Virus record (IMG/VR): IMGVR_UViG_3300045974_000806
Span: 32,001 to 96,000 of that record
Length of the DNA: 64,000 nt
From: a virus
Direction: 5' to 3' (one strand)
Below, in pieces: positions 9,651 to 19,400 of the stretch. Under the pieces are notes generated by a model, which worked only from the letters and a program-made list of their open reading frames with translations, did no database searches and was not told the DNA's origin. The position numbers and the translations under genes are program-made. Each line of letters opens with the position of its first letter. Position 1 is the first letter of the stretch.

Positions 9651-10808
9651 ATGGCAACCAAACGCAAGGTGACCCGCGGCGGCCTTTCCGGAAAGAAGGC
9701 GCCGGCCCGCGTGAAGCTGAAGGCGGACATCCACGCAGACCTTGCCCAGGCCATCCAGGGCAAGGACAACTTTGCCCACGTCCTGCGGCTGAATGATGAC
9801 CGCGTGGTGGGCACGGTGCGGCGCTACGTGTCCACGCGCTCCCTGGCCATCAACAAGGCCGTGGGAGGCCGCGGGTTCCCTTGCGGGCGGTTGATTGAGA
9901 TTTACGGGCAGACGGGATGCGGCAAGACCACGCTGGTGCAGCACGTGATGGCGGAGGTGCAGGCGACGGACGGCGTGGTCACGCTCTTTGAGCCGGAAGT
10001 GAAGTTGGACAAGCGGTACGCGGCCAACCTGGGCGTGGACAACGGCAAGGTCCACGTCATTGAGCCGGAAGAGAAGAAGGCCAAGGACGGGTCCGTGGTG
10101 TTCTCCGGTGAGCGCACCATTGAGGCCGGCGTGGAGGCCACGCGCCGCACGCTGGACTTTTGGATGGAGAAGGGCGGCAAGGGCCTGCTGGCCATGTTCT
10201 GGGACAGCATTGCATCCGCGGCCACGGAGGAAGAGATGGCCAACCCGCACACGGCCCAGCCCGGCGTTGCGGCCAGGGAACTCCGCCGCGCCATGCGAAA
10301 GTTGATGGGCAAGGTGGCCCGGAGTGACGCGCTGTGGGTGGTGGTGAACCAGCAGTATGAGAAGATCGGCGGGTTCTCACGCACGCCCGGCGTGAAGCGT
10401 TCCACCTACGGTGGCGGCGGAATCCCGTACCACGCAAGCCTGCGCCTGGAACTCATTGTCACCGGCCAACTCAAGGACACCAAGGGCAACGTGGTGGGCG
10501 TGGAGTGCCTGTGCAAGGTCATGAAGAACCATCTGTCCGGCGAGGAAGGGTCCACCGCGCCGGCCAAGGATGAAGCGTTCGCCATTCAGTGGGGCCGCGG
10601 CATCTGCAACGCCTGGACGCTGTTGGAGAAGCTGAAAGCCAACCGGTACATCCAATTCGGCGGGGGCTGGTACACGTACCAAGTGAGCGGTGGCCAGCCC
10701 GTGCAGTGGCAGGGCGGATGGCAGGGCCTGGAAGCCCTGCTGACGGAGAACCCCGCGCTCTACGCCGAGATGGCCAACGTCTACAACAACTGCCCCGGAG
10801 GGGTGTGA
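9651..10808 (+). CDS. recA: RecA/UvsX recombinase
   Basis: GRLIEIYGQTGCGKTT, WDSIA, VNQ, GGGGIPYHASLRL, KVMKN. Confidence 0.93.
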   Translation: MATKRKVTRGGLSGKKAPARVKLKADIHADLAQAIQGKDNFAHVLRLNDDRVVGTVRRYVSTRSLAINKAVGGRGFPCGRLIEIYGQTGCGKTTLVQHVMAEVQATDGVVTLFEPEVKLDKRYAANLGVDNGKVHVIEPEEKKAKDGSVVFSGERTIEAGVEATRRTLDFWMEKGGKGLLAMFWDSIASAATEEEMANPHTAQPGVAARELRRAMRKLMGKVARSDALWVVVNQQYEKIGGFSRTPGVKRSTYGGGGIPYHASLRLELIVTGQLKDTKGNVVGVECLCKVMKNHLSGEEGSTAPAKDEAFAIQWGRGICNAWTLLEKLKANRYIQFGGGWYTYQVSGGQPVQWQGGWQGLEALLTENPALYAEMANVYNNCPGGV

Positions 10809-11068
10809 TGGCGGCAAACAAGAAGCGCCTCTTTGCGCGCGCGTCGGACGGTGTGGCCCACGTGCTCACGGAAACCTATGCCAACGACACCTTTGACGCC
10901 GCGTGCGGCGCCGCGGGCCTCATGCTGGTGTCGATATGGCCGGAGCAGCGGGGCGCCACCGTTGACCGGCAATGCCTCATGTGCCCCTGGGAACGCGACG
11001 GCCACACCAAGCGCCGCGTTCCGGAACAACTCACGTTGCCGGGAATCCCGCCGGCGAGGACCCTCTGA
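10808..11068 (+). CDS. small hypothetical protein
   Basis: TGATG coupling on both sides. Confidence 0.55.
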   Translation: MAANKKRLFARASDGVAHVLTETYANDTFDAACGAAGLMLVSIWPEQRGATVDRQCLMCPWERDGHTKRRVPEQLTLPGIPPARTL

Positions 11069-11346
11069 TGCCCCTGTTCACGTTCGTGTGCCCCGACTGC
11101 GGCACGGAGAAGGAAGTCCTGATGAAGGCGTCAGAGCGCGAGACGGAGGTGGTGTGGTGTCCGGACAAGGACTGCGGCCAGGAAGACCCGGAGACGGCCC
11201 CGTCCCGCATGAAGTGGAAGGGCATTGAGGGCGCCACGGTGGTGCGCGCCAACGGCGCCTACAAGTTCCAGTTGATTGACGGCAGCGGCGGCCGGCACAC
11301 GTCCCCCAAGGCGGAAAGCCGCGCCAACCGCCCACGGAGGGCCTGA
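11068..11346 (+). CDS. FmdB-like zinc-ribbon protein
   Basis: MPLFTFVCPDCG...CPDKDCG. Confidence 0.7.
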   Translation: MPLFTFVCPDCGTEKEVLMKASERETEVVWCPDKDCGQEDPETAPSRMKWKGIEGATVVRANGAYKFQLIDGSGGRHTSPKAESRANRPRRA

Positions 11347-12317
11347 TGCTCTACTTCAGCGACCTGCACATGCGCCCGGAATCCGAGGACACGTGCTTTG
11401 CGGTGTTGGAAGCCATGCTGGCCGCGGAGGCCCAGACGGGCCACGCGGTGGGCTTCCTGGGTGACTTCTGGCACGTGCGCTACAGCGTGCCCGTCTACCT
11501 GTTGAACCGCGTGCGGGAGACGTTGAAGCGGTTCCGGAACCTCTACATCCTCCCCGGCAACCACGATCAATACGACGTGGCCGGCCGGCACGCGTTGGAG
11601 GTGTTCCAAGACCTGCCCAACGTGCGCGTGTTCAGTGAGCCCACGTGGGACGTCCACACGGGATGCTGGCTGCCCTACCGGAAGCATCCGGAGGAACTGG
11701 CGCGCTGGGTGGCCAACAACCCGCGGCCGGAAGGGTGCCCGGACGTGGCCCACCTCCACCACGGCATTGTGGGCGCGTCCATGAACAACCACGCGGTGGC
11801 CGGCGAGGCGGACGGACTGCATCCGGAAGCCCTCCCGTTTGCGCGCGTCTACTGCGGGCATTGGCACCGGCACCAGACCATTGCCCAGTGCGTCTACGTG
11901 GGCTCCCAGTGGCAGACGCGCTCTGACGAGTCCGGACAGGTCAAGGGCATGGTGATGTCTGACACCGCCGGCTCCGCGGCCACGTCCACGCGGTTCCAGT
12001 TCATCCCGGTGAACCTGGGGCCGGCGTTCCACCGCGTGGAGGCGTTCACGGCGCAAGAGATTGCCGGCATACACGCGGGTGACACGGTGCGCGTGCCTTC
12101 CGGAACCAGCGCCAAGATGGTCAAGGCGCTCACGGACCTGGGCGCGGAGGTGTTCATGGAGCCGGCCGCCCCGGCCCAGGTGGGGCCGCGCCTGGGCGTG
12201 GCTCCGGGCGCCCCGCTGCGCACGCAGGCGGAGAAGTACGTGGGCACGCAGACCCTTCCGGAAGGGTTCACCGCCGCGGACCTGATGGCCGTGTTTGACG
12301 AGGTGGCCAATGGCTGA
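11346..12317 (+). CDS. sbcD: SbcD/Mre11-like metallophosphoesterase nuclease
   Basis: SDLH, LGD, GNHD, GHWH motifs. Confidence 0.9.
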   Translation: MLYFSDLHMRPESEDTCFAVLEAMLAAEAQTGHAVGFLGDFWHVRYSVPVYLLNRVRETLKRFRNLYILPGNHDQYDVAGRHALEVFQDLPNVRVFSEPTWDVHTGCWLPYRKHPEELARWVANNPRPEGCPDVAHLHHGIVGASMNNHAVAGEADGLHPEALPFARVYCGHWHRHQTIAQCVYVGSQWQTRSDESGQVKGMVMSDTAGSAATSTRFQFIPVNLGPAFHRVEAFTAQEIAGIHAGDTVRVPSGTSAKMVKALTDLGAEVFMEPAAPAQVGPRLGVAPGAPLRTQAEKYVGTQTLPEGFTAADLMAVFDEVANG

Positions 12318-12852
12318 ACCCGTGGTCTTTGGCGATGATCGGCTTCCTCCCCGTTTCTGGGACAAGGCGGTGGTGGAACCCACGGGGTGCTGGCGCTGGG
12401 ATGCGTCGTGCAACTCCAAGGGCTACGGCCTCTACAGCGTTGGCCAGGGTGTGCTGTGGCTGGCCCACCGTGCGGCGTTCACCGCGCTCCGGGGAGTCAT
12501 TCCGGAAGGGTTGCAGATTGACCACCTGTGCCGGAACAAGCGGTGCGTCAATCCAGACCACCTTGAGGCCGTCACCGCGCAAGTCAACGTGCAGCGCGCC
12601 TCTGCGGCTCCGGAGTCCATTGCGCGCGTTGCTGCCAGGGTTGAAGCACGGACGCACTGCGCGCAGGGCCATCCCCTGTCCGGGGACAACGTGCGTTTGG
12701 TGAAGGACCGCAAGGGCAATGTGTCCCGGCAATGCCGTATCTGCCTGCGCGCCCACAACGTGAAGAAGAGGAAACTGGTGCAGGCTGATCCTGAGAAGCG
12801 GGCCGCCCGTAACGCGTACAGCCGCCAGTATTACAAGGAGCACTCCGCATGA
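12310..12852 (+). CDS. HNH homing endonuclease
   Basis: CWRW, AHR, IDHLCRNKRCVNPDHLEAVT...N, THCAQGH...CRIC. Confidence 0.9.
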   Translation: MAEPVVFGDDRLPPRFWDKAVVEPTGCWRWDASCNSKGYGLYSVGQGVLWLAHRAAFTALRGVIPEGLQIDHLCRNKRCVNPDHLEAVTAQVNVQRASAAPESIARVAARVEARTHCAQGHPLSGDNVRLVKDRKGNVSRQCRICLRAHNVKKRKLVQADPEKRAARNAYSRQYYKEHSA

Positions 12853-14933
12853 AACCCCTTGCGCTCTACATCCAGAACTACGGTTCCTTCTACGGGCGGC
12901 ACCACATCAACCTCGCAGACCGCGGGAACGTGTCCGTCCTGGGCGAGAACTGCGACGACCCGCGGGCCAAGTCCAACGGTTCCGGAAAGTCCACGTGGAG
13001 TGACGCCTGGGACTGGTGTTGGTTCGGGGAGCACCCGCGCGGGGACTCCGCGGACAGCGTGGTGAACGACGAGGCCAAGGCCGGCTGCTGTGTGACCACG
13101 GACCTGTTGGATGACGCCGGCCGGCTCATCCGCGTCACGCGCGTGCGGGAATGCGCCGGCGTGGGGAACGGCCCGCGGCTGTGGGTGGACGGCAAGGAGA
13201 TCACCGCCCTGGACGGCAAGGAGACGCAGCGCCTGATTGAGCAGCACCTGGGCCTGGACCGCACGGTGTTCCACGCCGCGGTGATGTTCGGCCAGGAAGA
13301 CACGTTTAAGTTTGCCGACGCGACGGACGGCCAACGCAAGGACGTGCTGACCCGCATCCTTCCGGAACTGGCGGAGGTGGACGGCTACCTCAAGCGCGTG
13401 GATGACCTGCTGGTGGCCGCCCGCGGAGATGAACAGCGCGCCGCGGTGAAGGCCGGCGCCGCGGATGCCGCCCTGCAATCCATCCAAGGCCAGGACTTTG
13501 ATGGGGCCATCCGGTCCTGGGAAGCGCAGCGCGCGGAGCGCCTGGGCTACCTGGGCGCGCTGTCCAATGAACTGGGTGACCGCGTGTCCGCTGCCCAGGC
13601 CCAGGTGGACCTTGCCCGGAACCTGCCGGCAGTGCCCCCGCCGGTCCCGGTCCCAACCGTCACGCCGGCGCCCCTTCCGGAGTACCAAGCAGCCCAGGAC
13701 GCCGCGGCCCTGGCCTCCCGGGAATCGGAGGCCGCCAGCGCCCGCCGGAACGCGGCCAACAACGCCTTGGTGGAGAAGCAGGTGCTGGCCCGGGAGATTC
13801 AGGCCACCCTCCGCCGGCTGGAAGCGGCCACGGTGGGCCAGTGCTCCCAATGCGGCCAGCCCATCACCAAGGAGCATCTGGCCAAGGAGGTGGCCCTGGC
13901 CAAGGCCCGGTGGGATGCCGTGTGCGTGGAGGGGACCGCGGCCAAGGCCCGTTTCGAGGAAGCCAACCAGCAGGCCCAGGCCGCGGCGGACGCATGGACC
14001 GCGGCCGTGAACCATCACACCGCCCTCCACCGGCAGTGGCTGGACGTGCAGCAGCAGGCCCAGCAGGCCCACGCGGTGGCCCAGGCCACCCGGAACCAGC
14101 AGGTTCAGGCCGCCCAGCGCGCCCAGGACGCCTTCCGCCAAGCCGGCAAGGCGCTCCAACAGGCCCAGGGTGACCTGCAACGCACGCAGCAAGAGGCGGC
14201 CACCCTGGCGCAGGCCACCAACCCGTTCCAGCAGCAGCGCGCCGCCTGGGCCGCCCAGGTGATGTCCGCCCAGGTGGTGCAGGCCACGGAACGCGCCGCG
14301 GTGGACTTCTTCCGGAAGCGCGTCCAGGCCCTTGAGTTCTGGAAGGTGGGCTTTGGGGCAAAGGGCCTGAAGTCTTTCCTGCTGGACGGCAAGGTGGCGG
14401 AGATGGCCGCGGAGGCCAACCGGTGGGTGTCTTTGCTCACCGGCGGGACCACCTGGGTGGAGTTCAGCACGCAGCGGCAGGTGGGCAAGGGGAAGGCCGC
14501 CAAGCTGGTGGAGGACTTCTCCGTGCGCGTGTTCCGGAGCAACCCGGATGGGACCGTCACGCAGCGCAACTACCGGTCATGGAGCGGCGGGGAGAAGTAC
14601 CGCGTTGCGTTGGGCGTGGACTTTGGACTGGCCCGCCTGATCGCCAAGCGCGCCCGGTGCTCCTATGACGTGTTGGTGCTGGATGAACTGTTCCAGCGCA
14701 GCCTGGACGCGACGGGCAAGGACGCGGTGGCGGAACTGCTGCAAGCCCTGGCCCTGGAAAAGAGTTCCATCTTTGTGATTGACCATTCAGAGAACTTGAG
14801 TTACGCCAACCTCTTTGAAACCCGGATGGTGGTGCGGAAGATCGGCCGCCGGTCACGGGTGGTGGATGGGCTGAACTACGGCGTGGAACTCGGACCCGAC
14901 AATTCGCTCACGGCGCATCCGGCGTTCCCATGA
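12849..14933 (+). CDS. sbcC: SbcC/Rad50-like ATPase
   Basis: NGSGKS, coiled coil with CSQC hook, WSGGE, LVLDE. Confidence 0.92.
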   Translation: MKPLALYIQNYGSFYGRHHINLADRGNVSVLGENCDDPRAKSNGSGKSTWSDAWDWCWFGEHPRGDSADSVVNDEAKAGCCVTTDLLDDAGRLIRVTRVRECAGVGNGPRLWVDGKEITALDGKETQRLIEQHLGLDRTVFHAAVMFGQEDTFKFADATDGQRKDVLTRILPELAEVDGYLKRVDDLLVAARGDEQRAAVKAGAADAALQSIQGQDFDGAIRSWEAQRAERLGYLGALSNELGDRVSAAQAQVDLARNLPAVPPPVPVPTVTPAPLPEYQAAQDAAALASRESEAASARRNAANNALVEKQVLAREIQATLRRLEAATVGQCSQCGQPITKEHLAKEVALAKARWDAVCVEGTAAKARFEEANQQAQAAADAWTAAVNHHTALHRQWLDVQQQAQQAHAVAQATRNQQVQAAQRAQDAFRQAGKALQQAQGDLQRTQQEAATLAQATNPFQQQRAAWAAQVMSAQVVQATERAAVDFFRKRVQALEFWKVGFGAKGLKSFLLDGKVAEMAAEANRWVSLLTGGTTWVEFSTQRQVGKGKAAKLVEDFSVRVFRSNPDGTVTQRNYRSWSGGEKYRVALGVDFGLARLIAKRARCSYDVLVLDELFQRSLDATGKDAVAELLQALALEKSSIFVIDHSENLSYANLFETRMVVRKIGRRSRVVDGLNYGVELGPDNSLTAHPAFP

Positions 14934-15469
14934 GGTTTGTAATGTTTCCGGATGGCGTTGAGTGGCGCACAGTCAGAGGGTTCCCAACCTACCGGGTGAC
15001 GGCGGATGGTGAGGTGTGGAGCTACCACAAACACTCCGCTGGTGATGGCTGGAAACGATTGACAGCGTGTCCGGATTCCGGAGGTTACATGGTGGTGGGA
15101 CTGACGCGCGGTGGGCGGTACGGCGAGGCTTCCGGAAAGAAGACCACCTGCAAGGTGCACCGGTTGGTGTTGCAGGCGTTCCGTGGTCCGTGCCCACGCG
15201 GTTACGAGGCGCGGCACTTTCCGGACTTTTCAAAGGACAACAACCGTTTGGACAACCTTGCTTGGGCGCCCCCGGAAGTGAACCAAGCGGAGCGAAAGCT
15301 GGCCAGGGGCGAACATTCAGGCCGGGCCAAGCTCACGGAGGCGGACGTGCGGGAGATGCGCCGGCTCCGGAATGCCGGCATGCTTTTGCGGGAACTGGCG
15401 GAGAAGTTTGGCGTCAACACGCGGACCACATGGTGCGCGGTCACCGGCAAGACATGGAGTCATCTGTGA
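14930..15469 (+). CDS. NUMOD4-HNH homing endonuclease
   Basis: EWRTVRGFPTYRVTADGEV, VHRLVLQAF, DNNRLDNLAW, AKLTEADV C-terminal HTH. Confidence 0.88.
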   Translation: MRFVMFPDGVEWRTVRGFPTYRVTADGEVWSYHKHSAGDGWKRLTACPDSGGYMVVGLTRGGRYGEASGKKTTCKVHRLVLQAFRGPCPRGYEARHFPDFSKDNNRLDNLAWAPPEVNQAERKLARGEHSGRAKLTEADVREMRRLRNAGMLLRELAEKFGVNTRTTWCAVTGKTWSHL

Positions 15470-15864
15470 ACAGCGGCATGAACAGGCAGCAACGCAGGGC
15501 GACGGCAGCACAGCATCCTACCTATTGGAGATTGACCCCGCTTTTCCAGGGTGAGGACGGCAAGCTGGTGGAGGGCGGCCAGAACTACGTCATCCACACC
15601 GCGCCCAACAACATGGTGGTGGTGCAGGTCCCCACGGATGCATGCACCGTGGAGATGGCCCAGCGCACGGAGCGGGAACTGATGGACAAGCTGCAACGGG
15701 ACGTCATTGTGACGTCGGACAACGTGAAGTTCATGAAGGTGGAGCCGGTGGACCGCGCGGAGATCGCGGAACTGCTCAAGGCGGACAACGGGGAGGGTGC
15801 CATGAAGGAAGCCATGCGCGAGTCCCCCACCCCACCCCAGGGGACGCCGGCGGTGCCCAAGTGA
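15466..15864 (+). CDS. hypothetical protein
   Basis: GTGA-coupled ORF with typical codon usage. Confidence 0.6.
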   Translation: MNSGMNRQQRRATAAQHPTYWRLTPLFQGEDGKLVEGGQNYVIHTAPNNMVVVQVPTDACTVEMAQRTERELMDKLQRDVIVTSDNVKFMKVEPVDRAEIAELLKADNGEGAMKEAMRESPTPPQGTPAVPK

Positions 15865-16460
15865 CCCGCCGCAGCCGCACCGCTCTTCCGGAACCGTCCG
15901 TGATGGTCATGGGCGTGGACACCGCCATTGCCAACGTGGGCTGGTGCGTGGCGCGCATGACGTCCACGGCCCTGGCGCCCGTGGCCATGGGCGTCATCCG
16001 GACGCAGCCCAACGCAAAGAAGCTGGGCATCCGCGTGGGTGATGACGACTGGGCACGTTCCAAGACGATTGCCCACGCCCTGCGGGAGGTGGTGAAGCAG
16101 CACCGCCCGCACATCCTGGCGGTGGAGGCGTGGAGCCCCCCACGCAACGCCGCGGCCGTGGGCAAGATTGGCCGCGTGTTCGGCGTGCTGGTGGACATGA
16201 GCCTCACGGATGACCTTCCGGTGCTGCACGCCACGCCGCAAGAGATCAAGAAGGCGGTGACGGGCAAGGCCAGCGCGGAGAAGGGCGAGGTGATTGCCGC
16301 GTTGGAAGAGATGTTCCCCGGCACCCTGGCCCTGGTGCATCATCTGCCCGCCGGCGTGCATGAACACGCGTTTGACGCCCTGGGCGCGCTGGTGACGTGC
16401 TGGGAGAACGAACCCATGAAGGTGCTGCGGCAGGTGACCGCCATCCGGGCGGGGAGGTGA
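15861..16460 (+). CDS. ruvC: RuvC-like Holliday junction resolvase
   Basis: MGVDTAIANVGW, LAVE, IKKAVTGKASAEK, HAFDA. Confidence 0.88.
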   Translation: MTRRSRTALPEPSVMVMGVDTAIANVGWCVARMTSTALAPVAMGVIRTQPNAKKLGIRVGDDDWARSKTIAHALREVVKQHRPHILAVEAWSPPRNAAAVGKIGRVFGVLVDMSLTDDLPVLHATPQEIKKAVTGKASAEKGEVIAALEEMFPGTLALVHHLPAGVHEHAFDALGALVTCWENEPMKVLRQVTAIRAGR

Positions 16461-16463
16461 GCC

Positions 16464-16829
16464 GTGTTGATCCTTGTGACCAAACAGACGGTGCTGATGG
16501 ACGTGAGCCGGCTGATGATTGAGCGGCTTGCCCGCGCGTTGCGCGTGGAGCCATCCCTGGTGAAGGTGAACTGGGTGCAGGAAAACGGCAGCATCTCTCC
16601 GCGCATTGACGTGGAATTGCCGCCCATCATCCCGCCGGCGGACGTGGACGTGACTGACCCGGTGGCCATGGCGGCGTGGGAGGCCGGCAACGCGGACCTC
16701 CCGGGCATCTATGACTTCCTGAAGGCCCGCGGCATCGACAATCCGGAGGCCATCATCAAGCACCAAGTGGCCGTGTCCATGGCGGACTTGAAGGCCCGGA
16801 TGGGAGCGTTCCGGAAGGTGGCGGCATGA
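16464..16829 (+). CDS. hypothetical protein
   Basis: SD GGAGGT; in operon. Confidence 0.6.
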   Translation: MLILVTKQTVLMDVSRLMIERLARALRVEPSLVKVNWVQENGSISPRIDVELPPIIPPADVDVTDPVAMAAWEAGNADLPGIYDFLKARGIDNPEAIIKHQVAVSMADLKARMGAFRKVAA

Positions 16830-17482
16830 GCCCGGCAAAGAAGAAGGTGGCCCGCAAGGCCATCACGGTTCCGGAAGTGAAGCTGACCACCGCACAGCGG
16901 CGGGAACTGCGCAGCAAGCTGTTGCTGCTCTACATCTCCGCCGTCACCAAGCCCATGTTGCCGGACCTGTTGCGGCGTGCGGAGTTCCAGGGACTGCCCA
17001 TCAAAACGGTGGAGGACTGGAAGTACGAGGACCGGTGGGAGGAACAACGCAAGGCGTTCCAGGCCAGCCTGTTTGCCCAGGTGAAGACCCGCATTGGGGA
17101 CCGCCTTGCGCAGACCACGTTGCAGATGCTGGAAGAACTGGCCCCCATCAAGGACCGCCTGATTGCCCGCTTGGCCACGGAGACGTTTGACGACCTGTCC
17201 GCGGACAAGCTGTTGAAGGCGTTTTGCACCGTGCTGGAACTCCAAGCGCGGCTCACGGAACAGGCCGTTGGGCTCATCACCCCGACGCAAGGAACACAAG
17301 AGGCACCCCATGATGCAAGCATTCCAAGCCCTGTTGTCGCTTCCGGAATCACCGACCTCACCGTTGACGAAGCGCGCGAGGCGGCGTTCGCCATCATGCG
17401 CCGCCGGCGTGAGGCCGCGTTCAACGCCGCCAAGCCTGCGGGGGGAACGGGACCCAATGGTGCGCCTCACGGCCCTGGATGA
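16826..17482 (+). CDS. hypothetical helical protein with HTH-like N-terminus
   Basis: TVEDWKYEDRWEEQR; ATGA-coupled. Confidence 0.55.
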   Translation: MSPAKKKVARKAITVPEVKLTTAQRRELRSKLLLLYISAVTKPMLPDLLRRAEFQGLPIKTVEDWKYEDRWEEQRKAFQASLFAQVKTRIGDRLAQTTLQMLEELAPIKDRLIARLATETFDDLSADKLLKAFCTVLELQARLTEQAVGLITPTQGTQEAPHDASIPSPVVASGITDLTVDEAREAAFAIMRRRREAAFNAAKPAGGTGPNGAPHGPG

Positions 17483-17681
17483 CTTCCTGTGGGCGTCCAT
17501 GGGTGAGGCCATGAACCGGGCCGCCGCCAAGGGCGCCACGCCGCGGGAACTCATGGTGGCGCTCCACGCGGTGTTCCTGCGCGCGGCTCACTCCCAGCCG
17601 GAGGCCACCCTGGACAGCACGCTGCAAACGGGAATCGAGTACCACCGCGCCGTCTACCTCGCTCCGGAAAGGGTCTAACCC

Positions 17682-18803
17682 ATGCTGCTGCGTGAGGCGT
17701 TGTTGCGGGCGGCCCCGTTCGCCGCGGAAGAGGGACCCCTGGCCCACGTGGTGGTGGTGCCGGCGGTGTTCCTGGCCCATCACCCGGTGGAGTTCGTGGG
17801 CGCCCACGCGCTCCCCTTTGAGCCGGCCCGCGTCCAGGCCACCAACGGGACCACCGGTGTGATCATCCCGCTGGACCCGGGCACGGACGTCCCCTACGTG
17901 GCCATGCACGCCGGCGCGCTCAAGAAGGTGCTCCAACTGCTGCCCAAGGGCGCGGACTTCACGCTGGCGCCCCTGGGCCACAACGTGGCGGTGTCCTGGG
18001 ACGGGACCGGCTGTTCCGTGGCCGCCCTTCCGGACCCTGGCGCCGCGTTGCCGCCCCTCAAGCTGCCCGGGCAGATGCGCGCGGTGCTCCCCCAGACGCT
18101 CCGGAGCATGCACCGCGTGCTGCATTGCGCCATTGAGGACCCGGACAGGCCGCTGCTGGGCAACGTCCACCTCACGCCCTGGTGGGCGGAGGCCACGGAC
18201 CAAAACCGCGTGGCCAGGACCACGCATGCTGGACTGGTGCCGCACGGGATGCTGGTGCCCCCGGACCTGTTCCGGACATGGAAAGACCCGGGCGTCCTGG
18301 GCGTGTCCATGGCCACCGTGGGTGACACGCTGTGGGTGCAGATTGGAGAGGAACTGCGGCACGCCAAGGTGGGCCTGGACGCGGACTTCTTCAACCTTGA
18401 CCCGTTGCTGGTGGAGGCCCCGTGCTTCCGCGCCCAGGTGCTGGGGCCGGCCATGGTGGATGCCATCAAGCGCGCGGCAAAGACGTCCCCCATCAACGTG
18501 CTTGAACTGGTGTTTGGCCCGGGCGCGTGCAGCGTGGCCGGCCTCACCGCGGACGGTGACCCCAGCGCCCGGGAGGTGATTCCCACCGTGGGGAACGCCG
18601 GGGACGTCACGGTGCGCATGACTCTCCGCGCCAGCTATGTGCGGGACGCGGTGACCGCGGCGGTGGACAAGGGCAAGGAGTCCATTGTCCTGAAGTACCT
18701 GCACGCCAGCGCGCCCCTGCGCGTGGAGCGCGGCCCGTTCTCTGAAATGGTTTGGCCCCTGTTCATTCCGGAAGTAGGAGGCACCAATGCAAAGGACGCT
18801 TGA
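17682..18803 (+). CDS. DNA sliding clamp (DnaN/beta-like)
   Basis: 373 aa; VQATNG, RPLLGNVHL..AEATDQNRVA, LRASYVRDAV, SAPLRV..MVWPL match the beta-clamp three-domain pattern. Confidence 0.72.
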   Translation: MLLREALLRAAPFAAEEGPLAHVVVVPAVFLAHHPVEFVGAHALPFEPARVQATNGTTGVIIPLDPGTDVPYVAMHAGALKKVLQLLPKGADFTLAPLGHNVAVSWDGTGCSVAALPDPGAALPPLKLPGQMRAVLPQTLRSMHRVLHCAIEDPDRPLLGNVHLTPWWAEATDQNRVARTTHAGLVPHGMLVPPDLFRTWKDPGVLGVSMATVGDTLWVQIGEELRHAKVGLDADFFNLDPLLVEAPCFRAQVLGPAMVDAIKRAAKTSPINVLELVFGPGACSVAGLTADGDPSAREVIPTVGNAGDVTVRMTLRASYVRDAVTAAVDKGKESIVLKYLHASAPLRVERGPFSEMVWPLFIPEVGGTNAKDA

Positions 18804-19305
18804 GGTGGCGCTGACCCAGTTGGACGTGGTGGAGGCCACCGGCAACAATGATGGCGTGCCGGCCGTGCGCTACAACCGCGGGGAGTGTGTCCCCTGGTGC
18901 GCCGCGTTCGCGCTCTACTGTAACGCCAACAGTATGGACGCCAAGGTGGTGCGCACCGACAAGGAATGGTGGGCGCTGCGCGCGGTGCAGGCGTTCGAGG
19001 ACGAGATGCGCAACCGTGGCTGGTGGTTCAGCCGGATGGCCAGCCTGAAGCCCCAGGCCAATGACCTCATCTTCTTTGGGGACCGCGGCGCATCGGACGC
19101 GTCATTCACCGGCCGGCACATGGGCGTGATTGAGCGCGTGGAGACGCACGTGTCCAGCCTCAACCTGCCATCCACGGCCTGGATGGTGATCCACACCGTG
19201 GAGGGCAACCTGGGCAACCGCGTGCAGCGCGTGGTCCACGACCTGTCCAACCCAAAGACCTCCGCACGCATCACGGGCTACGCGCACTTCCCAGCCTCCC
19301 CGTGA
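18787..19305 (+). CDS. CHAP-family peptidoglycan hydrolase
   Basis: PWCAAF (Cys), HMGVI (His), TVEGN. Confidence 0.8.
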   Translation: MQRTLEVALTQLDVVEATGNNDGVPAVRYNRGECVPWCAAFALYCNANSMDAKVVRTDKEWWALRAVQAFEDEMRNRGWWFSRMASLKPQANDLIFFGDRGASDASFTGRHMGVIERVETHVSSLNLPSTAWMVIHTVEGNLGNRVQRVVHDLSNPKTSARITGYAHFPASP

Positions 19306-19310
19306 TCTTG

Positions 19311-19352
19311 TGCTTTCTGTCCTTGACGCAATCTTGCCGTATCTGGTAACCC
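19311..19352 (+). promoter_or_regulatory. sigma70-like promoter candidate (variant of class 1)
   Basis: TGCTTTCTGT then TTGACG in an AT-richer intergenic gap. Confidence 0.45.
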
Positions 19353-19400
19353 TGACCAACCCGCGTGCGCGTGATGCGCATGCACCTTGAGGAGTGTCCT

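Noticed and set aside
16826-17482. Terminase small subunit
   Set aside because: The HTH-like pattern is suggestive, but the gene is far from terL and has no diagnostic motif.
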